This document shows, piece after piece, positions 1 to 10,289 of a DNA stretch of 64,000 nucleotides. The notes beneath the pieces were generated by a model. It saw nothing but the letters and a program-made list of their open reading frames with translations, was not told the origin of the DNA and made no database searches. The stretch is from Vulcanimicrobiota bacterium (GTDB lineage: Bacteria > Vulcanimicrobiota > Vulcanimicrobiia > Vulcanimicrobiales > Vulcanimicrobiaceae): NCBI GenBank assembly GCA_963714015.1, contig OY970223.1:1440001-1504000 (forward strand), given 5' to 3'. The position numbers were made by a program, and so were the translations under genes. Every line of letters begins with the position of its first letter. The stretch's first letter is position 1.

Positions 1-222
1 CTCGATCGCCGCGGAGTCGGCACGCTGATGCAGGAGGCGGTGCGCCGCGGTCGCGACGTCAAACCGGAACTCAAGATCGGCATCTGCGGCGAACACGGCG
101 GCGAGCCGTCCAGCGTGGCCTTTTGTCACAGCCTGAACCTCAATTACGTGTCGTGCTCGCCGTACCGCGTGCCGATTGCCAGGCTCGCGGCCGCGCAAGC
201 TGCCATCGGCGCGCTTACCTAA
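1..222 (+). CDS. ppdK: Pyruvate, phosphate dikinase, C-terminal fragment (gene begins before the window)
   Basis: Frame 1 is open from base 1. It encodes [13 protein letters not shown]...[18 protein letters not shown], the characteristic PPDK C-terminus. Confidence 0.95.
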   Translation, partial: LDRRGVGTLMQEAVRRGRDVKPELKIGICGEHGGEPSSVAFCHSLNLNYVSCSPYRVPIARLAAAQAAIGALT

Positions 223-372
223 CGTTGGTTGCCTACAGCCCTTTAGAGTGGCTCGCGCCTTAAGGAGTGATTAGAACGGGTCTCGGAGTGAAGGCGGAAG
301 GAACCGCCGGTGATGAATCTGCCGTTTATCCGGTTGGCTTAACGTCTTCATCTTCAAAGAAGGAGCTCCGCA

Positions 373-675
373 ATGACCTCTAACTGGAAAACCGCCCTTA
401 CTTCCGCAGTTCTATCGCTTACGGTGATCGGCACCGGAGCGGCCCTGACCTCGACCGCCCAAGCTCAGATGACTCAGCCGCTGCGCGGACAATGGCACAG
501 CAATTACAACATCCATCGCGAGCGGGTTCGTCTCGAGGGCGTCATCGACGCCCTGCAGCGCGACCGTCACGACTACGACGGGCAGCGCATCCAGGCGATT
601 TCGTTACTTCAGCAGGCTCGTCAGCATCTGCTCGCCGCCGAACAGTACCAGCAGAGTCACCCCAGCAACTACTAG
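373..675 (+). CDS. Small secreted helical protein of unknown function
   Basis: AAGGAG Shine-Dalgarno (SD) upstream; Sec signal ending AQA; HDYDGQRIQAI motif; followed by an intrinsic terminator. Confidence 0.8.
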   Translation: MTSNWKTALTSAVLSLTVIGTGAALTSTAQAQMTQPLRGQWHSNYNIHRERVRLEGVIDALQRDRHDYDGQRIQAISLLQQARQHLLAAEQYQQSHPSNY

Positions 676-695
676 ACTGTAATCCGGTTAAACGC

Positions 696-733
696 GAGAA
701 GCGCGGTTTGCGAGAACCACGCTTCTCTTTTTT
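696..733 (+). terminator. Rho-independent terminator
   Basis: Imperfect stem GAGAAGCGCGGTTT / GAACCACGCTTCTC followed by TTTTTT, about 20 nt after the 373..675 stop. Confidence 0.85.
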
Positions 734-821
734 GGGCTCATCGTGTACGTGGCGTCCAGTTTTTTAGCATCGATGCACTACGTCTCCGACGGCGAGTTCA
801 AACTCTCCGAGCGTCAGGGGC

Positions 822-1110
822 TCAGTCGCCATTATCCACATCCGGCTTGTCCCGAATACTCAATCCCAGTGAACGATGATACGCTTCATTCTCCGCAAGC
901 GCCGATTCAATGTCATCGCGAACGCCTTCCTGGCTAACGAGTCTGTTTCAATCGTTCTCTGCTCTCGCGGAGCTCGCGTGCATAGCTTTCCAAAACTTCC
1001 CCGGGAACTTCGGGCGCATTGGGTGGACGGCTGACCCACGCCTCCATGGCATCGTGCGCCGCCTTCCCCCGGCCGCGCGCTGCGGCTAATGCATCTCGAT
1101 AGCTGCTCAT
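822..1110 (-). pseudogene. Small hypothetical ORF of about 95 aa split by a +1 frameshift (possible antitoxin-like gene)
   Basis: ATG at 1110 reads 58 aa to TAG at 934. Removing one A from TTGAAACAG (about 946-948) extends it through NRLVSQEGVRDDIESALAENEAYHRSL... to TGA at 822. Confidence 0.35.
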
Positions 1111-1255
1111 GACTTTCCGTATTGTCTCATAAGGATATGCCGCATCTCACAATATCTCACGCTTTCTGACTCCGATTTTCACGGCACGTCGGGCAAGTCG
1201 CATCATTTATCAATCAGTAACGGGAACCCCAAAACCAGTGCGCAAATAGCAACAG

Positions 1256-1660
1256 GTGGGTCGACGCGTTAGGATTACCGACTCGAGCAGGGCGCGTTGG
1301 AAGAGTATCCTGGGATGGGGTGTTGCGGTGCTCGTAGTAGCAACCGTGGTGCACGACTCCGAGCAGACCAAATCTGAAGAAGCCCGCGAAGCCTGGGCCG
1401 GCGTGAACAACGTGTATACGCATCCAAGCAATCCAGTCAATGCTTATGCGCGCCCGGTGACCATAGCGTCGATTTCGGGCCTGTGGCTGAGCCTCGCCCT
1501 TGCTAGTCGTCCCATCGGTTCCGATCGACAGGAGTATGGGATCGTTTGGCAAGCCATTTACGTTCGGCATCACGGAGGTGGACCGGCTACTTGCGTGTGG
1601 ATTCACTATTCTTGGGGCTCCGGCTCGGAGAACAAAGACTGTTGTCGGCCCTCCGTTTAG
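1256..1660 (+). CDS. Hypothetical protein with an N-terminal hydrophobic segment
   Basis: 134-aa ORF with the TM-like stretch SILGWGVAVLVVATVV, in an AT-richer patch. No recognisable family. Confidence 0.4.
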   Translation: MGRRVRITDSSRARWKSILGWGVAVLVVATVVHDSEQTKSEEAREAWAGVNNVYTHPSNPVNAYARPVTIASISGLWLSLALASRPIGSDRQEYGIVWQAIYVRHHGGGPATCVWIHYSWGSGSENKDCCRPSV

Positions 1661-1733
1661 CATCGGCGACAACGGACCGGACACCATGTGTGGTGTAACC
1701 GGCCCTTCGCCTTTATGGCGCACTTTTTCCGCT

Positions 1734-4244
1734 CTACGCCCGATGTTTTGCGGTTTTACCGTAACGAGCTTGATAGGCGCGCATGTTCTGCGAATCGCGG
1801 ATGCTCAGAATCGCCGACCACGCACCCGATTGCACCGCCTGCTGCGAGTCGTTCTGCTCGGCCTGCTGCAGCGCCGGGATCGCCGCGGGATCGCCGAGTA
1901 TGCCGAGCGCGCGAGTCGCCGAGATTCGAGTCGTATTCAGCGGATCGTGGAGCACGATCTCGACCAATTCCGGTTCGGCGAGCTGCGGGTTCTTTGCATG
2001 CGCGGCAAGACGCGCAAGCGCGATGACCGCGCTGGAGCGTTCCCCCTCGGGCGTTCCATAAGCCGTTCTGCTTTTTATGAGCGGAAACGCCCGCATATCG
2101 CCGTAGGCGGCCAGTCCGCCCAATGCCGCAGCGGCAACCTCCTCGCGGAACGTGTGACGGTTTAGCGCCGCAACGAGCATGTTGTAAGCGCCGGAAGCCT
2201 TGAGTGAGGCGAGCGACTGGAGGGCCGTTCCGGCGACTGTCGGATCGGTGTCCGACACCATGGTCTTCAGGATTGCAACGACTCGCGCGTTTTTGGTCTT
2301 CAAGCTGCCGGCTGCGCCTTCGGCGGCGATGCGCACCCGTTTATCCTCGTCGCGAAGGCCGCTGTAGACGGCGGCGGCGTCGTCGAATTGCGCCGATGTG
2401 TCCAGGGCGTACGAGCGGACGCCGTAGTACGGATCCGACCGCACGACGCTCGCAACCGCGGACATGGCGGTCGCGCGATCGCTGCCTTTGGCATCGGCAA
2501 ACTTTGCCAGCTGGTCGATTGCCCACATGCGATCGCCGGCGTGTTTGGCATTCCCCGCTTGGTACGCAAGCTCGGCGAGGGATTTGTGGAACGTGAGTTC
2601 CCTGATGATGTTGTCGTTGGGATCGAAGAGCACCATCTGCGGCTTGGAAGTGACGCCGTCGATGACGATGGCCTGGTGGTTTTGTGCGATGATCGGCTGG
2701 ATACTCTTCATTTGTCCGCCGAAGTACGCTTCGATTACGACCGGCATCCGGAACGGCTTCCCATCGTGGTTCTTTTGCGAGACCTCTAACGTGAGGGTTC
2801 CGGCCTTTGCGTCGTACTTCTGCTTGACGAGGTAATTGGGGTACGCCGCGCGGTAGAACCATTCGTTCTCGAACCAGTCGAGATTCGTTCCGAGCGATTT
2901 GTCTATTGCGTCAAAGAACTGATGCGTGTCGGCGGTCTTGTATTGATATGCACTCAGATAGTCGTGCAGCGCTTTGAAGAAGCGCTGGTCGCCGAACATG
3001 TAGCGCAGCATATGCAGCACTTCGCCGGGCCGGGGGTATCCGCTGGAGTCGAACAGATCGAGCGGGTCGTTATAGACGTAATCGACGATAGGACGAAAAT
3101 AGTCTTGCGTCTCGCCAAAGTACGACTGCTGCGCGAAGTAGCGCTCCTGTTCGAATTCCGCTTCACCGAAGTGCTTTTCGCTCCAGAGCTCCTGAAAATA
3201 CGTCGCGTACCCTTCGTTGATCCACGTGTTCGACCAATCCGACATAGTGACGTCGTCGCCCCACCACTGATGGGCGAGCTCGTGAGCGACCAGGCCGTCG
3301 CAGGGCGATTCCAGGTTTTGGACGGGCAGATGGATTGCACGATCCGTCTGAATCGTGGCGGAGGCGTTTTCCATTCCGCCGTAAGTGAAGCGCTCCGCCG
3401 TGGTCTGATCGTACTTTTCCCACGGGAACTTGATGCCGATAGTGTTCTGAAAGAACGCGACGATGTCTTTGGTGTTCCCGAAGCAAAGCGCGTTGAGGTT
3501 GGCGACCGGGGGCTGAACGTACGAGTCGACGGGCATGCCGTTCAGCGAGGTATGGTGCTCCGAGAGCGGACCTGCGGCAAAGGCTATCAGGTAGGTCGAT
3601 TTGGGATGCGGTGAATTCCAATCCCAAGTCTCGCCGGTTGTACCGGACTTGTGCGATTTCAAATACCCGTTCGCAACGACGGTCCACCCGTGTGGAACCG
3701 TAACGACCAGTTCGCTTGGAGTTTTCTGGTTCGGCTGGTCCCACGTCGGGAACCAGCGGCGATTGTCGATCATTTCGCCTTGCGACCAGATCTCCGGCGT
3801 AACGTCCGGATATCCGCGGTCCGGGCGGATGAAGTAAATTCCGCGTTGCGGCTGCACGGAGTACACGAAATCCACGGCCAGGTTCTTCCCGGCCGATGCA
3901 GGCTGCGCCACGCCGACGTTGATGAACTGGTGCGCGGTATCGATCGTGTACGCGGCTGGTTTTCCATCGACCGTCACGGACGAATACTTGATTCCGAGCG
4001 TATTGAAAGGCAGCGTTCGCAGCCCGGCCCGTTTCGGTTCGACGATCGCCGTTTCGTGGCCGTACACGATCCCGCGATCGAAATCGAATCTTACTCGAAT
4101 GATCGAGTTCGCAAAGCGGTACGGCGCATAGGCGGTGGGATGGAAGTACGCGTGCCCGCGTCCGAACGGCCGGGGAAGCGGCGTGGGCGGCGGAGGCGCT
4201 TTCGGGGCGGCGGATGCGGCGATGAGCGCGAGTGCAGTAAGCAT
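1734..4244 (-). CDS. Secreted M1-family aminopeptidase with C-terminal HEAT repeats
   Basis: GGMEN motif, HELAH...NEG zinc motif, HEAT-like repeats, and a signal peptide with a Pro-rich linker. Confidence 0.93.
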   Translation of the reverse strand: MLTALALIAASAAPKAPPPPTPLPRPFGRGHAYFHPTAYAPYRFANSIIRVRFDFDRGIVYGHETAIVEPKRAGLRTLPFNTLGIKYSSVTVDGKPAAYTIDTAHQFINVGVAQPASAGKNLAVDFVYSVQPQRGIYFIRPDRGYPDVTPEIWSQGEMIDNRRWFPTWDQPNQKTPSELVVTVPHGWTVVANGYLKSHKSGTTGETWDWNSPHPKSTYLIAFAAGPLSEHHTSLNGMPVDSYVQPPVANLNALCFGNTKDIVAFFQNTIGIKFPWEKYDQTTAERFTYGGMENASATIQTDRAIHLPVQNLESPCDGLVAHELAHQWWGDDVTMSDWSNTWINEGYATYFQELWSEKHFGEAEFEQERYFAQQSYFGETQDYFRPIVDYVYNDPLDLFDSSGYPRPGEVLHMLRYMFGDQRFFKALHDYLSAYQYKTADTHQFFDAIDKSLGTNLDWFENEWFYRAAYPNYLVKQKYDAKAGTLTLEVSQKNHDGKPFRMPVVIEAYFGGQMKSIQPIIAQNHQAIVIDGVTSKPQMVLFDPNDNIIRELTFHKSLAELAYQAGNAKHAGDRMWAIDQLAKFADAKGSDRATAMSAVASVVRSDPYYGVRSYALDTSAQFDDAAAVYSGLRDEDKRVRIAAEGAAGSLKTKNARVVAILKTMVSDTDPTVAGTALQSLASLKASGAYNMLVAALNRHTFREEVAAAALGGLAAYGDMRAFPLIKSRTAYGTPEGERSSAVIALARLAAHAKNPQLAEPELVEIVLHDPLNTTRISATRALGILGDPAAIPALQQAEQNDSQQAVQSGAWSAILSIRDSQNMRAYQARYGKTAKHRA

Positions 4245-4301
4245 GACGTCAAACTGCGCCGCAGGATGCGCTCTGCCCTGGCTTCACGAAAGCCGTTCGT
4301 C

Positions 4302-5426
4302 ATGCCGCTGCCCGACTTTGCGCTCGAGTCCTATTTCGGCGTCTGGGAATTCAAAGCGCGCTACCATCTGGCGGCGTCGGATGCAGAAAGCATGGCACTG
4401 GCCGATCTGCTGGACCTTGCCGCCGGCGACGAGCGCGCGCGATGGAATTCGCTGCGCCTGGGCTATATCGAATCGGAGGGCATGCCCGAACTCCGGCGGG
4501 CGATTGCGCAGACGTACGAAACGATCGCCCCGCAAGACGTCGTGTGCTTCGCGGGAGCCGAAGAAGGGTTGTATTGTGCGATGCATGCAGTGCTGCGTCG
4601 CGACGACCATGCAATCGTCATGGTCCCAAACTACCAATCGACCGAGACGGTTCCGCGATCCTTGTGCGAGGTCAGCGCGGTCGCGCTGCGGCCCGAATCC
4701 GGTTGGCGTCTCGACGTTTCCGAGATTCGAGCGCAACTGCGGCCGAATACGCGGCTGATCGCGGTGAACTTTCCGAACAATCCCACGGGTGCGATCGCCG
4801 ATAGCGGATCGTTTTTGGACCTTATCGATCTGTGCCGCGCGCGCGGCCTTTACTTATTGAGCGACGAAGTCTACCGGGGCGTGGAGCGCGATCCGGCCAA
4901 AAGACTCCCGCAGGCGGCGGATCGTTACGAACGCGCGCTCTCCCTCAACGTGATGTCGAAGGCGTACGGCTTGCCCGGCCTGCGCGTCGGCTGGATCGCT
5001 TCACGCGATCGGGATTTGCTGAGCCAAGCAATCAAAGTCAAACACTATCTCTCCATCTGCAACTCGGCTCCGGCGGAAGTCCTGGCCACGATTGCATTGA
5101 AAGCGGCCGATCGCGTATTGGACCGAAACCGCCGGATCTGTACCGAGAATCTTTCAAAACTCGACGCATTTTTCGAGCGGTGGGCGGATCGATTCCACTG
5201 GTACGACCCGGACGGCGGCTGCGTTGCGTATCCGGCCTATCTGTCAGGCGACGTGGAAGATTTTTGCACGCGGTTGGTCGAGGACGCCGGCGTGCTGCTG
5301 GTGCCGGCATCAAAATTTGCATCGCAGCTTTGTGCCGCGCCCGCGAACCGTTTTCGAATCGGTTACGGCCGCCTCGGCATCGACCAGGCGCTGGCGGCAT
5401 TCGACGCATTCCTGTCGAGATCGTGA
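4302..5426 (+). CDS. PLP-dependent aminotransferase, class I/II
   Basis: NFPNNPTG, SDEVY and MSKAYGLPGLRVGW motifs. ATG 4302 (MPLPDFALESYF) is the likely start; the upstream extension overlaps the opposite-strand gene. Confidence 0.92.
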   Translation: MPLPDFALESYFGVWEFKARYHLAASDAESMALADLLDLAAGDERARWNSLRLGYIESEGMPELRRAIAQTYETIAPQDVVCFAGAEEGLYCAMHAVLRRDDHAIVMVPNYQSTETVPRSLCEVSAVALRPESGWRLDVSEIRAQLRPNTRLIAVNFPNNPTGAIADSGSFLDLIDLCRARGLYLLSDEVYRGVERDPAKRLPQAADRYERALSLNVMSKAYGLPGLRVGWIASRDRDLLSQAIKVKHYLSICNSAPAEVLATIALKAADRVLDRNRRICTENLSKLDAFFERWADRFHWYDPDGGCVAYPAYLSGDVEDFCTRLVEDAGVLLVPASKFASQLCAAPANRFRIGYGRLGIDQALAAFDAFLSRS

Positions 5427-5442
5427 ACGTCCGTGAGGCTGG

Positions 5443-5940
5443 TCAACGACTCCTGAACGAAGCCGAGGATCTCCGCAGAATATCGTCTATAATCGGAGTC
5501 TTCGCCTGGGCGTAGTCGTTGCGATCCGCCCAATCCAGCTCGACCAAGCGCCGCTTCTCTGCTTCGTACGTTTCGCGTTGACGGGCGTCGGCTCGCAACG
5601 CGTCTCGAAACTTGAGATGCCGCTCGAAGTCCGGACCGCCGGCCGGCCAGAGATGCACGTGAACGTCCGCAGCGGGCGTGCGGTACATGCGATGGTTCGG
5701 CTCGTCGACTCCCAGCTCGTAACCGGCGGCCGTCAACGCCTCGAATACCGCGCTGCTTTTGACGTCGCTCACCGCGATTGCGACGTCCACGATTGGTTTT
5801 GCCGCCAATCCGGGCACCGCAGTGGACCCGACGTGTTCGATTTGCACCGCCACCGCACCGAGCGCTGCCGCCAAGCGTTCGCGCTGCGCGTCAAATCGCA
5901 TTACCCATGCCGGGTCGTACTCGAAAAGAACGACTTTCAC
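5443..5940 (-). CDS. GrpB-family (UPF0157) nucleotidyltransferase-fold protein
   Basis: EHVGSTAVPGLAAKPIVD, HVHLW, FRDALR and Y..AKT motifs. The GTG start overlaps the HD gene stop (GTGA). Confidence 0.9.
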   Translation of the reverse strand: MKVVLFEYDPAWVMRFDAQRERLAAALGAVAVQIEHVGSTAVPGLAAKPIVDVAIAVSDVKSSAVFEALTAAGYELGVDEPNHRMYRTPAADVHVHLWPAGGPDFERHLKFRDALRADARQRETYEAEKRRLVELDWADRNDYAQAKTPIIDDILRRSSASFRSR

Positions 5941-7145
5941 GACGCTGAAGCAACCTCGCGGCAAATGCGCCGGGCCTCGTCGGCGTCCACCTTAGCGCGC
6001 TCGACGAACAATTTTCGCCAATACGCTTTACCGGCGATGCGTTCGATCAAATCCGATGCTTCACGGGCATCCACGATGGCACCCGACGCCGTACCGACCC
6101 AAACGGTGCGGCTGCCGGAATCGAGTTGCAAAGGAAGACGATGGATTAACTGCGATTGTTCGTCGCTCCAGACGGCATCCCCATAACGTTCCCGCAGGGC
6201 CGCCTCGCAACGCTCGTAGATGCTCAAGTCGTGCTCGGCGTTGAACTCGGCTGCGACGGCGTACAGCCGAATGCGTTCGCGTAATGCCCGAGCAGCTTCG
6301 GAAGGCGCTTCGCGCACGTCATTCAGCACGCGAAAATCATCCCAGCGCAGAAATTCTTCGACCGGGTCGAGCGCGTGCGGGTTCGGCCACAGTTCGGTTA
6401 GCACGCGCTGAAGTATTCGTTCGAACATCCTCGTGGTGTGATGGAAGTAGACCGATGCGAACATCATGTATCGGGCCAGCACGAAGGACTCGAGCGCGAC
6501 CAGGCCCCGGCGATCGATGCCCAACACCAGGCGGTCGCCGAAGTCAAAGATCCGCAGCGAGCCGACGAGCTGGTCGACGTCGTACCGCCCGCTCGAAACG
6601 CCGGTAAAATATGCATCGCGCTGTAGATAGTCCATGCGGTCTGCGTCCAGATTCGGACCGCTGACAATCTCGCTGAGCACAGGATGCTTCGCGTGCGCGT
6701 CGGCCAATATGAGGTCGAGCAGATCGCCGGGATCGACTTCGAGCGCCTCGATGTGGCGCCGCATCTCCGGCAGATTCAGGATCTCGCGCGTGCGAGCTTC
6801 GTGCCGCACACCGAGCACGGCTTCGCATGCGTGACTGAACGGACCGTGGCCCACGTCGTGTAAGATGAGGGCGGCGCGAACCAGACGGCGCTGCGCAGCG
6901 ACGTCGTCCTCGCCATGAAAAAATTCCCTGCCGTGCCGGACGAGCTCGTCGAAAACGCGCGAACCCATCGCAAGCGCGCCCAAAGAGTGGCTGAAGCGCG
7001 AATGCTCCGCCGACGGAAACGCCAGATACGCAAGTCCAAGTTGCCGAAGCCGCCGGAGACGCTGCAGTACCGTCGAATCCAACAGGGCTGCCTCTTGCGG
7101 CGTGAGCTCGATGAAGCGATGGATTGGATCGTAAATCCGTTTCAT
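5937..7145 (-). CDS. HD-domain phosphohydrolase (YwfO/SAMHD1-like, probable dNTP triphosphohydrolase)
   Basis: DPIH, QRLRRLRQLG, HSRFSHSLG, LHDVGHGPFSH, DADRMDYL.RD and VYFH motifs. Confidence 0.92.
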   Translation of the reverse strand: MKRIYDPIHRFIELTPQEAALLDSTVLQRLRRLRQLGLAYLAFPSAEHSRFSHSLGALAMGSRVFDELVRHGREFFHGEDDVAAQRRLVRAALILHDVGHGPFSHACEAVLGVRHEARTREILNLPEMRRHIEALEVDPGDLLDLILADAHAKHPVLSEIVSGPNLDADRMDYLQRDAYFTGVSSGRYDVDQLVGSLRIFDFGDRLVLGIDRRGLVALESFVLARYMMFASVYFHHTTRMFERILQRVLTELWPNPHALDPVEEFLRWDDFRVLNDVREAPSEAARALRERIRLYAVAAEFNAEHDLSIYERCEAALRERYGDAVWSDEQSQLIHRLPLQLDSGSRTVWVGTASGAIVDAREASDLIERIAGKAYWRKLFVERAKVDADEARRICREVASAS

Positions 7146-7189
7146 CCGCGGACTCTCTTCCGACCGCGGCGAAGAGGCTACCTGCCATA

Positions 7190-8980
7190 ATGAGATTCGA
7201 CCAGGCTGCCCTTCGTGAGATTCACGCTCGCACGGACATCGCGAGCTTCATCGGTTCGTACGTGCCGCTGCGCAAACGCGGCAAGGATCTCGTCGGCCTG
7301 TGTCCGTTTCACGCCGAGAAGACGCCCTCGTTCCACGTGCACCCGGATACCGGGTTCTTCAAATGCTTCGGGTGCGGCGCCGGCGGCGACGTCATCACGT
7401 TCGTCTGTAAACTGGAGAACCTGGCGTTCCCGGAAGCGGCGAGGATGCTGGCTCAGCGGGCGGGCATCGAGCTCGAGCCCGAGAATCCCCAGGCCGCCCG
7501 CGTTCGCAGCGAACGCGAAACGATCTACGAAGCCAACGAAATCGCGGCGGCGTTTTTCGAACGCATGTTGCGGGGGACGCAAGGAGCAGCCGCACGCGCG
7601 TACTGCGATCGGCGCGGAATCGGCCAGGCGAGCATCGAGAAGTTTCATCTGGGTTATGCACCTGACGAGTGGAGCGCACTGGCCGCCGAACTGCGCGAGC
7701 ATGGAGTCGAACCGGAGGTCGCGGTCAAAGCGGGACTGCTCAAACGCGGCGAACGGGGATTCTACGATTTCTATCGCGATCGCCTCATGGTTCCGACGTA
7801 CTCGACCACCGGTGAAGTGATAGCGTTCGGCGGCCGCGCACTCGGCGACCACGAGCCCAAATACTTGAACACTTCGACGACGCCGGTCTATACGAAGGGC
7901 GAGCATCTGTACGCGCTCAACATTGCGCGCAGGGCGGCCGCGCGAGACGAGCGGCTCATCGTCGTTGAAGGCTATCTCGATTGCATTGCGCTGCATCAAG
8001 CCGGATTTGAGAACGCCGTCGCCTCGCTCGGCACCGCCTTTACCGAAAAGCAGGCGCGAGAATTGCGAAAGTACGCAACGGGTGTATTCCTGTGCTTCGA
8101 CGGGGACGCCGCCGGAAATAGCGCAGCCGACAAGGCTATCGAAATCGCCACGCACGAAATCGAAAACGCCGGCTCGGCCGTGCGGATCGTATCGCTTCCC
8201 CCGGGAAGCGATCCGGACACCTATGTTCGCGAGAAGGGCGTTCAAGCGTTCAAGGAGTTGCTTGAATCCGCGAAGCCTGCAATTGAAGTGCGTTTGGAGC
8301 GTGAGGCCGCCCGCCTGGAACGCGGTTTCGAATCGCCGGCCGCTGTGGCTCCCGCGGCGGAGGCGCTGATCCGCAGAATGACGCCGCAGGTCGAATGGGA
8401 TCGGTGGCGTGTATGGATTGCGTCACGACTGAAGGTCAACGTAAACGACCTACGGAATAGCCGCTTTCTCGCAAGCGCGGCAAACTTTGCACCGCGTTCG
8501 TCCGGCGTCGCACCTGCGACTCGGCATCTTCCTCAGAACGTCCGGCCCTCGTCTTTCGAACGCGAAGCGCTTGCCGTTATGTTGGAAGAGCCTGCTTTAG
8601 TGCTCGAATACCGCGAACGCATCCCGGTCGATCGCTTTCTCGAGGGGCCATACCGCCGGATGTATGCCGTGCTCGTCGAGAATGCGGCAAAGATTCTGCG
8701 CCCGGCGGATGTTTTTGCGCTGTTTGCGGACGATAACGAGAGCGTGGGGCTGCTCACCTCGCTCGGCCGGCCCGACCGCAGTTCAACGGTCCGTTACGAG
8801 GGCTCCGAGCAGCGCAGGGCTCACCTCGAGCGAGTGGTCGAAAGACTGCAACTCGACGAGCAAAGGCGGCGTTATCAGGAATTGTCCCTGCGCATCGACG
8901 AGATCCTCTCGTCAGGTCAGCGCGTCAGCGGCGAGCTTCGCGACGAGTTTGACGCGCTGGTTGCCAAACTCAAACGGTAA
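7190..8980 (+). CDS. dnaG: DNA primase
   Basis: Zinc finger CPFH..KTPSF...CFGC, KYLN, VEGYLD and Toprim FDGD.AG, DPD; lies upstream of rpoD. Confidence 0.97.
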   Translation: MRFDQAALREIHARTDIASFIGSYVPLRKRGKDLVGLCPFHAEKTPSFHVHPDTGFFKCFGCGAGGDVITFVCKLENLAFPEAARMLAQRAGIELEPENPQAARVRSERETIYEANEIAAAFFERMLRGTQGAAARAYCDRRGIGQASIEKFHLGYAPDEWSALAAELREHGVEPEVAVKAGLLKRGERGFYDFYRDRLMVPTYSTTGEVIAFGGRALGDHEPKYLNTSTTPVYTKGEHLYALNIARRAAARDERLIVVEGYLDCIALHQAGFENAVASLGTAFTEKQARELRKYATGVFLCFDGDAAGNSAADKAIEIATHEIENAGSAVRIVSLPPGSDPDTYVREKGVQAFKELLESAKPAIEVRLEREAARLERGFESPAAVAPAAEALIRRMTPQVEWDRWRVWIASRLKVNVNDLRNSRFLASAANFAPRSSGVAPATRHLPQNVRPSSFEREALAVMLEEPALVLEYRERIPVDRFLEGPYRRMYAVLVENAAKILRPADVFALFADDNESVGLLTSLGRPDRSSTVRYEGSEQRRAHLERVVERLQLDEQRRRYQELSLRIDEILSSGQRVSGELRDEFDALVAKLKR

Positions 8981-9041
8981 TAGGGGACGATAAGGGTCCC
9001 ACGAAAAGTTCCCCGCGCAGAAAGGGGGTGAGAGAAAAAGA

Positions 9042-10235
9042 ATGGCCAGAAAGAAAACGGCGGCAAGCGCGAACGGCGCAACCACGACCGCGGAGGCGGC
9101 TCCGGCTACGGTCGAGGAGCTGAAGAAAAAGCTTTTAGAACGCGGCAAGAAAAACGGCTCGGTCACGCTCGACGACATCAATACGGAAGTCGGGCGACTA
9201 GCCGAGACGCGAGAAGAATTAAACGAGGCCGAAATCTTCGAGGACCTCATGACCGAGCTCAATGCAGCGGGTGTCGAGGTCGTCGAGGATGCCGAAGAAG
9301 ACAAAGCCGAGGCTGAAGGAGAGCCCGAGCAGTCGATTCCGGCGGGTTTGGCGCTTGACGATCCGGTCCGCATGTATCTCAAAGAGATCGGCCGCGTTCC
9401 CCTGCTGTCCATGGAAGACGAGAAAAATCTCGCGATGCGCATCGAAGCCGGCGAGAAAGAACTTACTAAGAACGGCTCTGCCAATCAGGTCATCGTCGTT
9501 GAGGGCGAGGAAGCCAAACGTCAGCTGACGGAGGCGAACCTGCGCTTGGTGGTCTCGATTGCGAAAAAGTACGTCGGCCGCGGCATGCTCTTTTTGGACT
9601 TGATTCAAGAAGGCAATCTCGGACTGATTCGCGCCGTCGAAAAATTCGACTATCGCAAGGGCTACAAATTCTCGACGTACGCCACCTGGTGGATCCGCCA
9701 AGCGATCACGCGCGCTTTGGCCGATCAAGCGCGTACGATCCGAATCCCCGTGCATATGGTCGAGACGATTAACCGTCTGATCAAGATTTCAAGGCAGTTG
9801 CTGCAAGAGCTCGGCCGCGATCCGTCGGTGGAAGAGATTGCTGCCGAAATGGGCCTCACTCCCGAGAAGGTTCGCGAGGTCATCAAGATCAGCCAGGAGC
9901 CGATCTCGCTAGAGACGCCTATCGGCGAAGAAGAAGATTCGCATTTGGGCGACTTCATCGAGGATCAGGAAGCGGTGGCTCCCGCGGAAGCGGCATCCGT
10001 CATGCTCCTCAAAGAAAAGATGCAGGACGTGCTGCAAAACCTCACCGAGCGCGAGCGCAAAGTGCTGGTGCTGCGTTTCGGCTTGGAAGACGGCCACCAG
10101 CGCACCCTCGAAGAAGTCGGCCAGGAGTTCGGCGTCACGCGCGAACGGATCCGCCAAATCGAGGCTAAAGCGCTGCGAAAGCTGCGGCATCCCTCGCGCG
10201 GCAAAGCGCTCAAAGACTACTGGTCTAACGAGTAA
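9042..10235 (+). CDS. rpoD: RNA polymerase primary sigma factor
   Basis: [47 protein letters not shown] and [10 protein letters not shown] motifs. Confidence 0.98.
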   Translation: MARKKTAASANGATTTAEAAPATVEELKKKLLERGKKNGSVTLDDINTEVGRLAETREELNEAEIFEDLMTELNAAGVEVVEDAEEDKAEAEGEPEQSIPAGLALDDPVRMYLKEIGRVPLLSMEDEKNLAMRIEAGEKELTKNGSANQVIVVEGEEAKRQLTEANLRLVVSIAKKYVGRGMLFLDLIQEGNLGLIRAVEKFDYRKGYKFSTYATWWIRQAITRALADQARTIRIPVHMVETINRLIKISRQLLQELGRDPSVEEIAAEMGLTPEKVREVIKISQEPISLETPIGEEEDSHLGDFIEDQEAVAPAEAASVMLLKEKMQDVLQNLTERERKVLVLRFGLEDGHQRTLEEVGQEFGVTRERIRQIEAKALRKLRHPSRGKALKDYWSNE

Positions 10236-10289
10236 GGTCACGCCGGGCCGAGCGAAGGCCCTCAAAACGCCGGCGGCCAAGCAGGCACC

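Noticed and set aside
300..326. ECF-type promoter GGAAC...CGTT upstream of 373..675
   Set aside because: The spacer is 18 bp, longer than the usual 16-17, and this is a single instance, so it is too weak to call.
3651..4301. N-terminal extensions in the ORF track (3651, 7124, 18285, 22063, 30625, 43109, 60732 and similar)
   Set aside because: They overlap neighbouring genes and have no family-like sequence, as expected for open frames in high-GC DNA.
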